From contig CAYHCU010000001.1 of NCBI GenBank assembly GCA_964355035.1, positions 1-53,638 of the forward strand: a DNA stretch of 53,638 bases, in the 5' to 3' direction. Origin of the DNA: an uncultured Flavobacteriales bacterium (GTDB lineage: Bacteria > Bacteroidota > Bacteroidia > AKYH767-A > 2013-40CM-41-45). Below, one piece after another: positions 8,701 to 16,312 of this stretch (the first letter of the stretch is position 1; every line of letters begins with the position of its first letter). The notes below the pieces were generated by a model. The model had not been told where the DNA came from and searched no databases. It saw nothing but the letters and a program-made list of their open reading frames with translations. A program made the position numbers and the translations under genes.

Positions 8701-9288
8701 ATCAATCATTGTTCTGATCACATCGTCAGTGATAACAGAAACTTTTGCAAGCTCATGTGAAGTTCTGAAGCCATCAAAAGCATTTATAAACGGAATTCTT
8801 GATTTAAGAGTAGCAGCTTGAGTGATTAACGCAAAATCCATTGACTCCTGGACATTACTTGCAAACAACATGGCAAAACCGGTTGAACGAACCGACATTA
8901 CATCTGAATGATCGCCGAAAATAGAAAGCGCATGAGTTGCAATCGTTCTTGCTGCAACATGTAAAACAAAGGGTGTTAACTCACCTGCTATTTTAAACAT
9001 ATCGGGTATCATCAACAGCAATCCTTGTGATGACGTGAAAGAGGTGGCTAATGCTCCACCAACCAATGAGCCATGAATTGCTCCTGCTGCTCCACCTTCA
9101 CTTTGCATTTCCTGAATACGAGGAATTTCTCCCCAGATATTTAACTTTCCGTGAGAGGCCCATTCATCACAATGCTCTCCCATGGTAGACGATGGAGTTA
9201 TCGGATAAATAGCGCATACTCCATTTGTTTTATAAGCAACATGAGCTACCGCCTCGTTACCGTCCATTACTTTCAATACTTCTGACAT
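5743..9288 (-). CDS. nifJ: Pyruvate:ferredoxin (flavodoxin) oxidoreductase
   Basis: 1181 aa, full-length PFOR layout. Two ferredoxin clusters (CTQCNKCVIICP, CTGCNLCIEVCP), a CSGCGETPY Cys motif and the TPP-binding GGDGWAYDIGYGGLDH. Confidence 0.95.
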   Translation of the reverse strand: MSEVLKVMDGNEAVAHVAYKTNGVCAIYPITPSSTMGEHCDEWASHGKLNIWGEIPRIQEMQSEGGAAGAIHGSLVGGALATSFTSSQGLLLMIPDMFKIAGELTPFVLHVAARTIATHALSIFGDHSDVMSVRSTGFAMLFASNVQESMDFALITQAATLKSRIPFINAFDGFRTSHELAKVSVITDDVIRTMIDEDDVAAHRSRSLSPAHPSLKGTAQNPDVYFQNREACNTFYSNTPGIVKEMMKKFSELTGRNYSLFQYAGHPQAEKIIIIMGSGAGAVEETTQFLNSKGEKLGYLIVHLFRPFSISDFIEAIPSTVKYITVLDRTKEPGAIGEPLYQDVITAIAENLASDKPHFSKMPKITGGRYGLSSKEFTPPMAKAVFDEMGATTPKNHFTVGINDDVTFNSLKYDKLFSPGNLHEFQGLFFGLGADGTVSANKNSIKIIGESTDFFVQGYFVYDSKKSGSSTVSHLRFGHKPIHSTYLVNAANFIACHQFNFVNQLDMLKNAAVGCSFLLNAPFDEKEVWNELPVKMQEQIIAKKINFFVVDATRVAREAGLGSRINTILQTCFFAMSDIIGKEEAVTKIKSALAKTYASKGESVINKNYAAIDKALENLKKVDYPLTILAKEEEQFSFNSNAPDFAKNVLQRILSGEGDELPVSAFPVDGTYPTATTKWEKRNIASIVPVWDEEMCTQCNKCVIICPHAAIRAKIYDKDLLSKSPEGFKHVAPVGKEFNKEKEVYTLQVAVEDCTGCNLCIEVCPIESKEHPGVKAINMHDRLSLVEHEKKNWDFFFNLPEMDRERVNMTSVKSTQFLQPLFEFSSACSGCGETPYLKILTQLFGDRMVVANATGCSSIYGANLPTTPWTTNKEGYGPAWANSLFEDNAEFGLGIKLAFDHRRDSALMLLKKMSGEVGDTLVNNILANDESNENGIKLQHEYVSELNKKLTDIKSDEAKRLSILSENLIKKSVWIIGGDGWAYDIGYGGLDHVLSTGEKLNILVLDTEVYSNTGGQTSKSTPIGAIAKYSSGGKKSMKKNLGQIAITNGNVYVAQIALGANDTQTLRAIKEAEAYPGTSLIIAYSHCIAHGFDLGHGAEQQSNAVKSGYWPLYRYNPLNPHGKRFILDSKEPTLALKDYMYKEGRYSVLQRQNPEMAEELLHRAEAYVQEKWDSLKVLTSI

Positions 9289-9703
9289 ACTATTACTTTT
9301 CTATAAAAGTAAAAGCCTCACCGCATTCCAAATATGACACAAATCACTTTAGCTTAGGGATTTGTCATGTTCTTATGTTTTTGGGGGATTTTGGCTCATT
9401 TTTGCGATAGTATTCAGAGGTTTGTTTACAGTTGAGCCATGGGAATAAATAGTGGAAGAAAAATTGTCCGCTCCTTAGAAAATGAAGGTGCCATAAGAAT
9501 TTAATTCCCTTTACTGTCGTGCCTAGAGATCCACGAGATCCCTGCGGGATGACAACCACGTAATTTAATAGGGAAGAGAGAAGGATAAGAACAACAAGAT
9601 TCTTTCAGAATTTTACTGTCTGCTTAAGCAAAATGTCTAAAGCAATGCAAACTAAATACATTTTCTTCATGAAAACAATTGTCACCATTATAAAACACGG
9701 CAA

Positions 9704-9751
9704 CTTCGAACTACGAATACCGAACATCGATTTTCGAACATCGAACATCGA
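9704..9751. repeat. Degenerate heptanucleotide array (CGAACAT/CGAATAC type)
   Basis: cttcgaactacgaataccgaacatcgattttcgaacatcgaacatcgaa, immediately 3-prime of the S4-domain gene. Confidence 0.85.
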
Positions 9752-9759
9752 AAAAACAT

Positions 9760-9966
9760 TTACTCAATCACTACCGCATGCCCATTGAATTCAACTTTAC
9801 AACCGGATACAATTTTATTCCGCTTTCTTAATTCTACCACATCATTTACTTTTACTTCGCCATTTTCTATGGCGACATTCGCCTGACCACCATTTTCACA
9901 CCAACCCATTAGTTTCAATAATTGATTTAGGTGAATATTTTTACCGGATATTTCAAAAGATTCCAT
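9760..9966 (-). CDS. ybcJ: RNA-binding S4 domain protein, YbcJ-like
   Basis: 68 aa. MESFEISGKNIHLNQLLKLMGWCENGGQANVAIENGEVKVNDVVELRKRNKIVSGCKVEFNGHAVVIE is colinear with E. coli YbcJ (L..LLKL.GW.E.G.QA...I..G.VKV.....RKR.KIV.G). Confidence 0.85.
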   Translation of the reverse strand: MESFEISGKNIHLNQLLKLMGWCENGGQANVAIENGEVKVNDVVELRKRNKIVSGCKVEFNGHAVVIE

Positions 9967-10018
9967 TTCTCCTTAATTTTGGGTAAAAGTACAAAACAAT
10001 TATCATTATCTTCAACCG

Positions 10019-10294
10019 ATGAATAAAGATGCACAATACGACAATCTCCGCAATGAACTGAACAAATCCAAAACCTGGCCTATCGTTTATATGTTTAAGT
10101 TTATTATTCCGGCAGACAGTAAAAAACAAGCATTAGTAGAATCAAAATTTTCTGACGATTCGGTGATGACTAAAAAAGAATCGACGAATGGAAAATACAT
10201 GAGCATTACGATCAAAGAAGTAATGCTGGATGCAGATTCGATTATTGCAAAATATATGGAGTTGGAGGGGATTGAAGGGTTGATGTCGTTTTGA
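10019..10294 (+). CDS. DUF493 / YbeD-like small protein
   Basis: 91 aa. WPIVYMFKFIIPAD...KKESTNGKYMSITIKEVMLDADSIIAKYMELEGIEGLMSF follows the YbeD pattern (FP..F.YKV.G ... S.G.Y.S..I ... Y.EL). Confidence 0.6.
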   Translation: MNKDAQYDNLRNELNKSKTWPIVYMFKFIIPADSKKQALVESKFSDDSVMTKKESTNGKYMSITIKEVMLDADSIIAKYMELEGIEGLMSF

Positions 10295-10423
10295 TGACTC
10301 CTATACTTACTCCTCACAAATAAAAAAGTGTCAAATCCATTTTCTGGTGAGCGAACAAAATTTCTCGCCTAATTTATATTTAAATCAGAAAGACTAAAGA
10401 TTTGCTGATGCAATTTTTTATGC

Positions 10424-10510
10424 TGAAAATCTGCGTATTTATCTGCGCCTTTCTGCGGGAAAAACTTAAAAACCAACTCGCATTAAATCACTCCACAACT
10501 TTTAATATTG
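10424..10510. repeat. Dispersed intergenic element, truncated or rearranged copy B
   Basis: gctgaaaatctgcgtatttatctgcgcctttctgcgggaaaaa..aaccaactcgcattaaatcactccacaacttttaat shares the ATCTGCG units and the cgcattaaatcactcc.caacttttaat tail with copy A. Confidence 0.65.
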
Positions 10511-10564
10511 ACATACAAAAAAGAGGATGACCGCCTGAAATGAAAGCGATCATCCTCTGATAAA

Positions 10565-12442
10565 TTACTTTTTGATTACAACAAGTTGCGAATATGAATT
10601 TTCGATTGTTGCTAATTTCAAAGTATAAACTCCTTCAGCTAATGAAGATGTGTTGATCATTTGTTCGTTATTGCTTCTATTATTTCCATCGCCTTGTAAG
10701 CAAATTTTTCCAAGGGCATCTACAATTACCCAAGTTTGAACATTTTCAGTAGTGCTGAATTTAATTCGAATCTCGTCTTTTGCAGGATTAGGATAAACTG
10801 AATAATTTTGACTTTTGAAATCGTTTATACCGGTAACGACAACACCAATTGAACTTGCTGCAACATTCACAGGATAAAATATTTCTTGATTGTGGTTGAA
10901 ATTTCCATTTGAAATCAACTTCACAGCAGGATCGAAACTGAAACTTACTGTACCTGTAACATTCGGACGAAGTATAAAATTCAATTGTGCAATCTCTCCA
11001 TTTCCTGTTACTTTAGTTTGATTTGTTCGTACCATTCCGAAATCTACGTAACCATCTAAAGGGAAATCCTTATATAAAGTTATCATATCTATTCCATTGT
11101 TGCCAATCCAACTATTCATATAAGAAATCGAAACTGATCCGGGAACAATAAAAGTCGGATCATAATAAATTCGCGAAGAAATTCCATAGACATTTTGAAT
11201 AGTAGAAGCTGAAGAGAGTTGGATAGGCAATTGAACTAGACCTCCTGCATTATAAATTCCTGAACCAACAACCTGCAATGTAGGATCCGTTGGTCTTACA
11301 GTTACCGGTGCCATACGGTCATTCAAATTGTAATTTGGCAAATGTCTTCCATAGTTTTGTTGAATTGCAGAGATATCCATTGCATTCACAACACCATCAC
11401 CATTGCAATCTGCATTTTTCTTATCAACCATGTCTTGCAAATACATGATTCCGTTGGACCCGCTCGTGTACCAATCATTTGCCGGTTGGCTACTCCAATT
11501 TGACGAAGCACCTAATCTAGCAGTTCCTCCATCATTATAATAAATTCCAACTGTAAACAGATCTTCCATATTCACCTCTCCGTCTCTGTTTGTATTTCCA
11601 GGCCAAACCGTACAATCGATAATATTCTGAACATTATAAAAAGTATCCGTTTGAATACCGTCTGAAACAATTAAGGTAAGCAAATAAACTCCGATTCCGG
11701 AAAATTGATGGACACCAATCGAGTCTGTAGAAGTATTTGCAGCTCCGGATGCAGGATCGCCAAAATCCCATAGATAAGAAGTTGCTTGTCCGCTTATATA
11801 CGCTGAAATTGTAGTCACATTTTGAACACAGTCACCACCTAATTCATTGTAGAAAGTTACATCCAAACAATTTGTTCCAACTTCAACATTCTGAACGACT
11901 GTGTCAGATTGAGTTCCATCTGTAGTGATCAAAGTAACAGTATAAATTCCGGGAGAAGAATAATAGTGATATGGATTTGTTAAGCTAGAAGTATCACTCG
12001 TTCCTGAAGCGGTATCGCCGAAATTCCAAAATGATGAAATATTATCACCGGTAGATTCATTTGTGAAATCAATGAAACTACTACCGGAGCAAGCAGAAGA
12101 AAAAGCTGCATTAAAACAATCTGTTCCAATATTCAATATCATAGACCTATAATCCCATTGCGACCCAATATTAACAAAAAGTGTTACAAAATAAGTTCCT
12201 GGATTCACAAAGATATGATACGCATCTGTGTCATGCGAGATATTTCCGACACCTGAAGCGGTATCACCAAAATCCCACGTGTAAACTGCATATTGATCAG
12301 TGGCATTGAAAAAAATTGTATCACCCGCACAAGCGTTCGTGTGTGTGAAAGTAGCATAGCATGCTTTTGATTGATTACTTGTTAAAGTGAAAATAAAAAG
12401 CACAATAACAATTCGTAAGACTGAGTTGATTTTGTTTTTCAT
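10565..12442 (-). CDS. T9SS cargo: 3 PKD domains + dockerin-like pair + cohesin-like domain + C-terminal sorting domain
   Basis: 625 aa. Signal peptide; three W.FGD.ASG PKD units; Ca-loop motifs NTNRDGEVNMED and DCNGDGVVNAMD; VQLPIQLSS...YGISSRIYYDPTFIV (cohesin-like); C-terminal YSVYPNPAKDEIRIKF...GVYTLKL (T9SS CTD). Confidence 0.75.
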   Translation of the reverse strand: MKNKINSVLRIVIVLFIFTLTSNQSKACYATFTHTNACAGDTIFFNATDQYAVYTWDFGDTASGVGNISHDTDAYHIFVNPGTYFVTLFVNIGSQWDYRSMILNIGTDCFNAAFSSACSGSSFIDFTNESTGDNISSFWNFGDTASGTSDTSSLTNPYHYYSSPGIYTVTLITTDGTQSDTVVQNVEVGTNCLDVTFYNELGGDCVQNVTTISAYISGQATSYLWDFGDPASGAANTSTDSIGVHQFSGIGVYLLTLIVSDGIQTDTFYNVQNIIDCTVWPGNTNRDGEVNMEDLFTVGIYYNDGGTARLGASSNWSSQPANDWYTSGSNGIMYLQDMVDKKNADCNGDGVVNAMDISAIQQNYGRHLPNYNLNDRMAPVTVRPTDPTLQVVGSGIYNAGGLVQLPIQLSSASTIQNVYGISSRIYYDPTFIVPGSVSISYMNSWIGNNGIDMITLYKDFPLDGYVDFGMVRTNQTKVTGNGEIAQLNFILRPNVTGTVSFSFDPAVKLISNGNFNHNQEIFYPVNVAASSIGVVVTGINDFKSQNYSVYPNPAKDEIRIKFSTTENVQTWVIVDALGKICLQGDGNNRSNNEQMINTSSLAEGVYTLKLATIENSYSQLVVIKK

Positions 12443-12835
12443 CGGGAGATTGATTTTTAGGAAGAACCAAAATTATGATAAAATGTCGATTCCCAACAAA
12501 AATAAAAATATATATTCAGCTAATCTCATAATTATTTACTTAACCAATTGACAATTTCTTTAATAATCCCGTTTCTGAAAAAAAACTGCGTTTTTCTATT
12601 AAATAACGAGGGTCCATTCATAATAAGTGGCCCTCGAAAATCATCAATTAGCACTCGGAGTTGCGCCTGCTTTTTTACTTTCAAAGAAATTATTGAATGG
12701 TTTTAAAATTAAGTATTGCAAGAACTACCTAGTGGGAATTATGAAACATAAAAAGATAATTGTGTAAGATGGATTTATTAGGATGACTGCACCTTTGCAT
12801 AGTAATAATTCAATTACAATAAAAATAATAAGATC

Positions 12836-13024
12836 ATGGCAAACACAACAGAACTAAAAGGAAACTGGAACGAGCAAAAAGGGAAACTTAAACAAAAATT
12901 TGCAACTCTTACTGATAACGATTTAATGTTCGCTGAAGGAAAGAAAGATGAAATGATGGGAAAACTTCAAATTAAGCTTGGTAAAACGAAAGAAGAATTA
13001 CATCAACTCATTTCTGATTTATAA
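12836..13024 (+). CDS. CsbD family general stress protein
   Basis: 62 aa. [49 protein letters not shown] is the CsbD signature. Confidence 0.9.
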   Translation: MANTTELKGNWNEQKGKLKQKFATLTDNDLMFAEGKKDEMMGKLQIKLGKTKEELHQLISDL

Positions 13025-13036
13025 TACATTTAAAAA

Positions 13037-13081
13037 GGGAATATCGCTTATTGGTTTTCAATTATTGATATTCCCCTTTTT
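13037..13081 (+). terminator. Rho-independent terminator candidate after the CsbD gene
   Basis: gggaatatc (13037-13045) pairs with gatattccc (13067-13075), followed by cttttt. Confidence 0.55.
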
Positions 13082-13096
13082 CGAAGCCGCCTACTC

Positions 13097-13561
13097 ATGA
13101 ACACATCTCCAATAATTCGAACTTTAATTATCGTTATCATTATAGGAATATCTGTGACTAACTTTAATTTTAGCAATTCAAAAGTTAACCCTGAATTGAG
13201 ATCACTTCAAAATTTAAAATTTAGAACAGATGTAATAGCGAAAACTATTATACCAGCCGCAAAAACATTTAAGAGTGACTTTCAAAAGTTCATTATTGAA
13301 GCGAACACTAAAATTAGTTGCAACGAACAAAATATTGCAAATTTAGTCACACAAATAAATAAAAACAAAAAGACTAAAAAAGTAAGTCTGGATAAAATAA
13401 TTGAACTCGAAAAAATCAATATTAACTTAAAAATAAAACTTGACAATTACATTGCCGACGGTAATGGTAACTGGAAATCATTTCAATCAGAATTAAACAA
13501 AAATCTCGCTAAGCTTGAAATAGCCTACAATGATACCAAAATAAAAAACGATGGGCTCTGA
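13097..13561 (+). CDS. Hypothetical membrane-anchored coiled-coil protein
   Basis: 154 aa. N-terminal hydrophobic anchor IIRTLIIVIIIGISV, the rest Lys/Asn-rich helical. No family recognised. Confidence 0.5.
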   Translation: MNTSPIIRTLIIVIIIGISVTNFNFSNSKVNPELRSLQNLKFRTDVIAKTIIPAAKTFKSDFQKFIIEANTKISCNEQNIANLVTQINKNKKTKKVSLDKIIELEKININLKIKLDNYIADGNGNWKSFQSELNKNLAKLEIAYNDTKIKNDGL

Positions 13562-13733
13562 AATTAAAAGCACAAGTACTCTAGGAAAAGTAGTACGCCG
13601 ATACAATATTTCGAAAGCTAAAATTGAGCGGTATTTTATTCCTTCTGAAAACATTGAAGCTTACGAAAAAGCGAAATCAAGACAAGACCTTACAGCATAT
13701 AGTACTTATGGAACCCAATTGCAAGTAAAATAA
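13551..13733 (+). CDS. Hypothetical small protein (60 aa)
   Basis: ATG overlaps the end of the upstream ORF by 11 nt and a terminator follows at 13827-13868. No family recognised. Confidence 0.3.
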   Translation: MGSEIKSTSTLGKVVRRYNISKAKIERYFIPSENIEAYEKAKSRQDLTAYSTYGTQLQVK

Positions 13734-13826
13734 CTCAGAAATCAATCAGTATCTTATTTCTTTGATCAACAATATTTATTCCCCCAATTTTTATTTAAAA
13801 ACTTTTGTTCAATTTCAGTTTCCAAT

Positions 13827-13868
13827 AATATTACCGCTGCCACTTGGTTGCGGTAATATTCTTTTTTC
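13827..13868 (+). terminator. Rho-independent terminator
   Basis: aatattaccgc (13827-13837) pairs with gcggtaatatt (13850-13860), then ctttttt. Confidence 0.7.
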
Positions 13869-14077
13869 GGAAATTTATTAATAGTAGTCAACAATTAGCA
13901 TGTAATCTTTTTAAAATGCGAAAGAAAGTTGCTGCATGTTTTTAACTAAAACGCACAAACCAAAAAACGTAAATATTACAACATTATCATGAAATTATAT
14001 AACAAGTCAATTCATCAACATTCCGACCTTCGATTTAATAATTTCAACCAATTCCAAACAAAATAACAAACTTAAAA

Positions 14078-14905
14078 ATGAAAAAAACAATTAATTTTAT
14101 TCTACTTGCTGTAATAGGAAGTATAGGATCAACTTCAGCACAATCACCTGCTGTAATTACCAGCGATAAAGCCGGATGGCATAAGATTGCAGAAACGACT
14201 GTTGATTTCAAAAAAGAACGAGACGAAATTTCAGTTTTAGTTGCGGATCGATTCGCAGCTGTACAATTTAAAGTGCAAGATGCTCCAATTGATTTAATTT
14301 CTCTCGAGGTTTTCTTTGAAAGCGGAGACAAACAAATTATCGATGTACGAACTCCAATTAAAGCACATAGCGAAAGTAAAGTGATCAATTTAAATGGCGG
14401 AGAACGTAGTTTAAAAAGCATTGTACTTATTTACAAAACACTTGCTAATAGTAAGGATGAAAAAGCTCATGTTGAAATCTGGGGCTTGAAAACTAACACG
14501 GATGAGAAAAAAGCTACCAGAGCGTCAACTATTCAAACACCAAGTTTGATGCTTAGTGACAGTAAAGGATGGCACAAAATTGGTTCAAGAACCGTAGATT
14601 TCGTAAAAGATCATGACGAATTTATTGTTGTTGGCTCCGACCGATTCTCTTCAATAAAATTTAAAGTTATCGATGCATCTGTTGTATTATTAAGTCTTGA
14701 AGTATACTATGAATCCGGTGACAAACAAAATATTAGTTTGAACTCACCTATCTCAGCAGGAACAGAGACTAAATCAATCGATTTGAATGGCGGAGAAAGA
14801 GATTTAAAGAAAATTGCATTTGATTATAAAACTATACCAAATCAGACAGCAGATAAAGCTACAGTTGAAGTTTGGGGACGCAAAACAAATTTAACAGTTA
14901 AGTAA
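14078..14905 (+). CDS. Secreted protein made of two tandem ~135-aa repeats (DUF2541/YaaI-like pattern, unverified)
   Basis: 275 aa with signal peptide. Half 1 is GWHKIAETTVDFKKERDEISV..DRFAAVQFKVQDAPIDLISLEVFFESGDKQ...NLNGGERSLKSI...AHVEIWGLKTN. Half 2 is GWHKIGSRTVDFVKDHDEFIV..DRFSSIKFKVIDASVVLLSLEVYYESGDKQ...DLNGGERDLKKI...ATVEVWGRKTN. Confidence 0.6.
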   Translation: MKKTINFILLAVIGSIGSTSAQSPAVITSDKAGWHKIAETTVDFKKERDEISVLVADRFAAVQFKVQDAPIDLISLEVFFESGDKQIIDVRTPIKAHSESKVINLNGGERSLKSIVLIYKTLANSKDEKAHVEIWGLKTNTDEKKATRASTIQTPSLMLSDSKGWHKIGSRTVDFVKDHDEFIVVGSDRFSSIKFKVIDASVVLLSLEVYYESGDKQNISLNSPISAGTETKSIDLNGGERDLKKIAFDYKTIPNQTADKATVEVWGRKTNLTVK

Positions 14906-14913
14906 ATAGTAAG

Positions 14914-14949
14914 CCGTGCAAATTGTGAGAGCATTTGCACGGTTTTTTT
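14914..14949 (+). terminator. Rho-independent terminator
   Basis: ccgtgcaaat (14914-14923) pairs with atttgcacgg (14933-14942), followed by ttttttt (14943-14949). Confidence 0.8.
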
Positions 14950-14994
14950 ATGCCTAATAAAAAAGCTTTCTATCATCGAAAATCAATCAGAAAC

Positions 14995-15480
14995 ATGAAA
15001 AACCGTACAGTTCCTATAGGTGAAATCGGACTTAAAGCAGGCATTATCATAAGTATTTCACTTATTGTTTATTTTATGATAATGAGAAATTATAACCTCA
15101 CCGAAAGTGCGACAGCTTGGACTTTTAACCTCGTCCTGCTTTTCATTGGCATAGCTTTCACTTTTGCATACTATCGATTACAAATTAAATCAAATATAGA
15201 TTATTTTCAAGGCATTCAATTGGGAGGAACAACGACGACTGTTTGCGCAATTATTTATACTGCCTTCATCTATGCTTATGTATCATCATTGGATCCATTA
15301 CTATTGCAAATACTAAAAGACAACCCTCTCTTTATAGGTAGGCCAATTACTCCTTTCAAAATTGCCGCTACTACTTTGATAGAAGGCATTTGTTCCGGTG
15401 TGATTTTATCTTTCATCGTGATGCAATTATATAAATCAGGATTCCAAAGAACACTTAATGATAAAAGTGTTAGAAGATAA
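14995..15480 (+). CDS. DUF4199-like four-TM membrane protein
   Basis: The track ORF starts at 14935 inside the upstream terminator, so ATG at 14995 (MKNRTVPIGEIGLKAGIIISISLIVYF...) is preferred. Four hydrophobic segments and an SLDP motif as in Bacteroidota DUF4199 proteins. Confidence 0.5.
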   Translation: MKNRTVPIGEIGLKAGIIISISLIVYFMIMRNYNLTESATAWTFNLVLLFIGIAFTFAYYRLQIKSNIDYFQGIQLGGTTTTVCAIIYTAFIYAYVSSLDPLLLQILKDNPLFIGRPITPFKIAATTLIEGICSGVILSFIVMQLYKSGFQRTLNDKSVRR

Positions 15481-15644
15481 GTTCCACTCAATTGGCCATT
15501 TTTAATCGTTTTCGGTATAAAAACATATAAATCATTATGTGAATTATATAAAATCAATTAAAAATTGTGTAACGCATGCAGCTCACAAAACATTCAAATT
15601 TGTCCAAGAAATACATTTCACAGTTAATACTAAAAAATTAAATC

Positions 15645-15797
15645 ATGAGAACCAAAAAAACTATTCCACCACAAAACATCAGTCTATCTAATCGGATTAA
15701 AGTAAGACTGGATCACAAAACAATGATCATTATCAACAAGCTTTCTTCTCTTGAAGTTTGGAGGAAACTTTATCCAGATGCTCACATTATATCCTAA
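15645..15797 (+). CDS. Small hypothetical protein (50 aa)
   Basis: Read manually: MRTKKTIPPQNISLSNRIKVRLDHKTMIIINKLSSLEVWRKLYPDAHIIS. Below the ORF-track cutoff. Confidence 0.25.
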   Translation: MRTKKTIPPQNISLSNRIKVRLDHKTMIIINKLSSLEVWRKLYPDAHIIS

Positions 15798-15823
15798 CTA
15801 CTACGTCTCAAAAAACTGAAATC

Positions 15824-15991
15824 ATGGTTACGAAAAAGAATGAAATGCAAGAAACTATTCGAATTAAAAATGAATTAATCGTTAGGCAAACAAGAAGAAT
15901 ATTGCTTCTTGAAGATAAATTGACTGAAATGAGAAAGCGGTTTTTCCAACTAAAGCATCACTCCTTGGAACATTTACGTGTCAATTCATAG
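15824..15991 (+). CDS. Small hypothetical coiled-coil protein (55 aa)
   Basis: Internal ATG of track ORF 15758-15991: MVTKKNEMQETIRIKNELIVRQTRRILLLEDKLTEMRKRFFQLKHHS... Confidence 0.25.
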   Translation: MVTKKNEMQETIRIKNELIVRQTRRILLLEDKLTEMRKRFFQLKHHSLEHLRVNS

Positions 15992-16312
15992 TGATTTCTG
16001 CGAACTTTTAGAACAATTCAATAAATTTAACACTTTCTGTTTTTGTAAACAATTTATTTTTCTCACCTTTGTGAGACATGGCAATAACCTCGCAAACCCT
16101 CTATTTAAGCCATGTTCAGAAGATTCTAAAATGTGAATTATGTAACATTTTTAAATGACTATGAAACGTTATTGAGACAAAAGCATAGCATCTTTGAATC
16201 GGACTAAAATAAACTCAATATTATTTTATTTCTGCAGAATTAAATGTAAAATAGTTGTAAAATAAAAATAGCTTCATCCTAAAAGTAATCAATCGAGTCA
16301 AATTTACAACAC

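Noticed and set aside
9225-9559. ORFs 9225-9410 (+) and 9365-9559 (-) upstream of nifJ
   Set aside because: They lie in the nifJ promoter region, partly read through repeat sequence (ctgtcgtgcctagagatcc...gggatgac), and have no family resemblance.
14044-14421. 125-aa ORF antisense to the duplicated secreted-protein gene
   Set aside because: It overlaps a gene with a signal peptide, an internal duplication and a terminator. It has no independent signal.
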